Part shown: one piece after another, positions 60,201 to 64,000 of the stretch
Layout: every line of letters starts with the position of its first letter
How positions within the stretch are numbered: the stretch's first letter is position 1
NCBI GenBank assembly: GCA_051294905.1
Contig: CM119378.1
Span: forward strand, 4,094,001-4,158,000
Direction: 5' to 3'
Source of the DNA: Botryllus schlosseri
Lineage: Eukaryota
DNA: 64,000 bases
Translations under genes and position numbers: made by a program
Notes under the pieces: model-generated
Databases searched by the model: none
The model's input: the letters and a program-made list of their open reading frames with translations, nothing else
What the model was told of the DNA's origin: nothing

Positions 60201-63200
60201 GAAAGTAGCAACAGTATGCTTTGCGCTGCAAGATAGCTAATAAATCCCCCGCTATTGATGGTCTAAGAGTATAAGCTAATAACACCAATAACACTAAGAT
60301 CTGCAATGATGAAGATCCATTACCAAACATCACAAACTCCCACGTACTTCGAAAGTTTGACACGTTCGGGCAGCGTCCAATTATGAAGAGCCATAATTAA
60401 GGAAAGAAACATATCTCACAATATAAGGATACTTCAGGTTCAGATATATAAATAGTGTAGCTAAAACATGTTTCACGGGATGGCTAATCAAAGGTAGGCA
60501 ACTGCCCGACTGTTTACATAACATTTTCAAAGCAAATATTTGACGGCAATTTTCCGACTTGGGTGTCAGTCGCTTGCGAAAGAAACTGGGCAGTGGCACA
60601 GCTGGTGTTGCGTCCGTGAACATTCTACCGACAAATAATGGACATCTTTAAAAGTCTGTGATACTGTGATTTGAAATCATGATTGACGATTCGGAACTGA
60701 AATAGGTGACTATAAAACAACTTTCCCTGGCATGATAACAAGAATATGAAGATCTTGCCCTCTGTTTTATTGATATTTTGTTTACTCCGCATAACAAAAG
60801 CCGTAGTTAGCCCTTTAAAAAAACGGGCACCACGGATGGCGTTCTCGCTGTTCTGCTACATGTCATGGACGCCTGGTTCTTGTTTTGATGAACAGCTGAT
60901 ATTTTTCTGTTAGTCAAAAAATTAATAGTTTGATGGAAATTGAATACGTCAGCAACTAGTTGAGAATTGAAAAGAACATTGTATAGTAATAATCGTGTCT
61001 CCAGATATGATGTCACCAGCATGAAATTTGTAATAATCTGGGTGAAATTTCATTTTAATATGAATATAGTGTACTATTAAATTGTATATGTAAGTTCTGT
61101 GCTCCCAATAAGCTCATTTTTGACTGCTGATCATGATATTTTCGTTCTTTTCTGGCGCACCTCGAGCTTGTTCATTTTCAACGCAGGTGAACTCGTTCAA
61201 CGATATTTTGCAACTTGTCATCGTGGAGCTGGTCTACAAAGTGTGCCACGCAAACCCGAACGAACGCGCACGCTTCATTCGTTGCATCTACAATCTGCTG
61301 CAATCCACAAGCCCCGCCGTTCGATATGAAGCCGCCGGTACTTTGGTCACCCTGTCCAACGCGCCTACCGCTGTAAAGTAAGCGAAACTTCATCCGGCCA
61401 TATTTTAGTGAACAACCAAAGTGTCTTCTTGTAATCACTAGGCAGTTTTTGGTTATACGACAATTGATCATGTGACGCAGTGTAAAACGATATTTGATTA
61501 TGCGACACTTAAGCATGTGACCTTGTAACCTTAAAAGTAACACTCCAAAATCAACCTTGACTTGATCAGTACCCCCAGCCTTTGAATTACATGGTCAAGT
61601 GTCACATCTTCATATATATCCATTAGGGTGGTTCAAAAATAACCTTTTTTCCTGAATCTTGCAGGTTACTTGATTAAATCGTTAGGTTGCCTTAAAAAAC
61701 GACGCACACCAAATTTGAAATCATTCCAACCAATATTCGCGGATTTCGTAGAGTTTGAAAATTTTGAATTTGCCTAATAATGCAAAAAAAAAATTTTTTC
61801 AAATTTTTCTGCCAACCCCATGAAATTGTTGCGCTTTCTTCGAAAACGATGCAAAACAAATTTGACTCAATTCGAAGCCGTAGAAGTGGAGTTATTTCAG
61901 TTTTTCTTTGATAATTCTGGGATTATCCTTGATTGGTGGATCATCTCAGAATTATCATCAAAAAACTTGAATAACTCCGCTTCTGCAGCTTGGAATTGAG
62001 TCAAATTTGTTTTCCATCGTTTTTGAAGACAGCGCAACAATTTCATAAGGTTGGAAGGAAAATTTGAAAAAATTTTTTTTTTGCATTTTTAGGCAAATTC
62101 AAAATTTTCAAACTCTACGAAATCCGCGAATATTGGTTGGAATGAATTCAAATTTGGTGTGCGTCGTTTTTTAAGGCAACCTAACGATTTAATCAAGTAA
62201 CCTGCAAGATTCAGGAAAAAAGGTTATTTTTGAACCACCCTAATATCCATGGACTTGAGTACTGGTCAGTAACAATGTGCTCTTGCTTTTTTTGAGTATT
62301 CGAGTAGTTTCTGCCTATTCGCATGACCTCATCGTACTTTGACAGCCGCTGTACATAATATCCTAATGATTGTCTGTAGAAAAATTCAATTAATGATATT
62401 ACCTGACTCTAAAATGAAATTACAAGCAAAACTGACACGTTGCACATGCGAACAGTCATGTTGAATATCTCTCACTCTCTCTCATCAGAGCCGCTGCGCA
62501 ATGCTACATTGAGTTGATCGTGAAGGAGGCCGACAACAATGTGAAGCTCATCGTCCTGGACAGGCTTATCGATCTCCGAGACCACCCGACTCAAGAGAAA
62601 GTGCTTCAGGTGGGATTGAGCTCTGGTGCGATACGTGTTGTGCAGTTTTTTATGCTTTTGCTACGTACCTGTTCAGGGACTCGTTATGGATATTTTGAGA
62701 GCGTTGTCGTCTCCCGATTTGGAAGTTCGCGAAAAGACTTTGAACCTGGCATTGGATCTGATGTCTTCTCGGAACGTCGAAGATTTAGTGAAATTCTTCG
62801 AGAAGGAGGTAAGATGTTTGTTGATATATAAAGGTTGTTTTTAAATTAGGCCTTGGTATACAAAGGGTATTTACAATGATTGTAGGGTAGCCCTGGCAAG
62901 TGGAATCAACTGGGACGCGTTATTGTTTTTGTCTGGTATAGTTCAAACCTTGTTTTTTGCAATCGTTTCATTGCGAAATTATGTGGTATGTGACTGCAAT
63001 TGTCACTGAATAGTTTCCTATATTGGTTTTATTTTTAATCTAGATTGCGCTTAAACGATAAACTTAGATTATAAGCACTTAACAGGCTTGGAATTAACGG
63101 CATTTCTGGGTTCGTTTCTACATCCTATGTCTCACTTTTAGTCCGCGCATCAGCATTCAAAAGTGTAGGGGTTCATTTTCTAAATTCCAGACTAATTTTC

Positions 63201-63773
63201 GCTAACTAGTCAGAATGGGGTCCCGAGGGATTGTCAAAGTTCGTGCTAGAGGCATTAAAGTGGAACATATCCGTGTTATTCGCATGAACTTCGTACAGGA
63301 TACTATGATATGATAGGAAATTACATGGAGTCACACTGCAGTATCCTTGAACTCTAATTAGTGTAGTAAGCAGTTCCGGTATTTAGTTGTATAGCCGTTT
63401 TCTTTTGATCGCGTATGATTTTGTTGTAATCTTACAGATTTCAAAATCGTCAAGCGCCCAGGGTCACGACGACACCGACAAGTACCGCCAACTGCTGGTG
63501 CGGTCCATGCATCAGTGCACCATCAAATTTCCTGACACATCAGCCGTTGTCATCCCGGTGGTAGGCTTCAACGTTAGGTCACGCGTGTGCTGATGTGCGG
63601 CACAACGTTTTAAATTTCTTGTTGTAGTTGATGGAGTTTTTGAGCGATTCTAACGAGCTGGCTGCCACGGACGTGCTGATTTTCGTGCGCGAGGCGATCC
63701 AACGTTACGCAGAGCACAAGCCGCTGATTCTGAATAAGCTGCTGGAAATCTTCTCCTCTGTCAAAAACCTGGA
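57273..63773 (+). CDS. COPB1: Coatomer subunit beta (beta-COP), 3'-partial
   Basis: Exons 57273-57447, 58364-58515, 58570-58739, 59463-59616, 61187-61377, 62489-62609, 62677-62808, 63438-63560, 63628-63773; continues past the window. Peptides [80 protein letters not shown]. Confidence 0.96.
61624..62242. mobile_element. Near-perfect foldback MITE (619 bp), TAGGGTGG ends, 8-bp TSD ATATCCAT
   Basis: The left ~300 bp is the reverse complement of the right ~300 bp; TSD at 61616-61623 and 62243-62250. Confidence 0.92.
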
Positions 63774-64000
63774 GTAAGAGCTCGGCTTTGTTTAGTTTGC
63801 GCAACAGTATTCAGTTTTTAGACGAAACTAGGCCTAGAATACTTAGCTCTACGCATGTGACTTCGAAACCCCCAAATTAACCCAGACCTAAACCCTAAAT
63901 CTAACATCACTCATCATGACGTCATTCCAATGTGGATGATGTGGAAAGTTTAAATATGTACCTATCACCAAGAAAATGATGCAAAATAAGGAAGGCGATA

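Noticed and set aside
63866..63905. Telomere-like aaccct motifs near the window end
   Set aside because: Short, irregular and intronic; not a telomeric array.

Overview
AT-rich, intron-containing eukaryotic (metazoan) genomic DNA. Many 54-70 nt mini-introns and dense non-autonomous DNA transposons suggest an invertebrate chordate such as an ascidian; this is inference only. Reconstructed by hand from splice signals and reading-frame continuity: (1) a 17-exon, 5'-truncated DPP4-family (S9B) peptidase gene on + (288-26766) with an intact catalytic triad; (2) two tandem, highly diverged paralogous genes on - (A: 44474->32450, 13 exons, ~346 aa; B: 53905->46050, 10 exons, ~313 aa) that I cannot assign to a known family. 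Each has a signal-peptide-like start, phase-0 micro-exons (24-39 nt), a six-Cys core built from symmetric phase-1 exons, and an acidic Tyr-containing, Pro/Gly/Ser-rich tail; (3) an intronless TM2D1-like CDS (55812-56354); (4) the first 9 coding exons of COPB1 (57273-63773, with one GC-AG intron). Scattered through the introns are repeated tRNA-Ser(GCT)/tRNA-Ala(CGC) pairs separated by only 2-3 nt. Several have a decayed Ser half but an intact Ala, and one Ala has switched to TGC. The rest is hAT-type MITEs with 8-bp TSDs, foldback elements, nested insertions, a tRNA-derived SINE, LINE-like 3' tails and a degenerate 28S rDNA fragment. The best candidates for something undescribed are the micro-exon secreted paralog pair and the dispersed dicistronic tRNA cassette.
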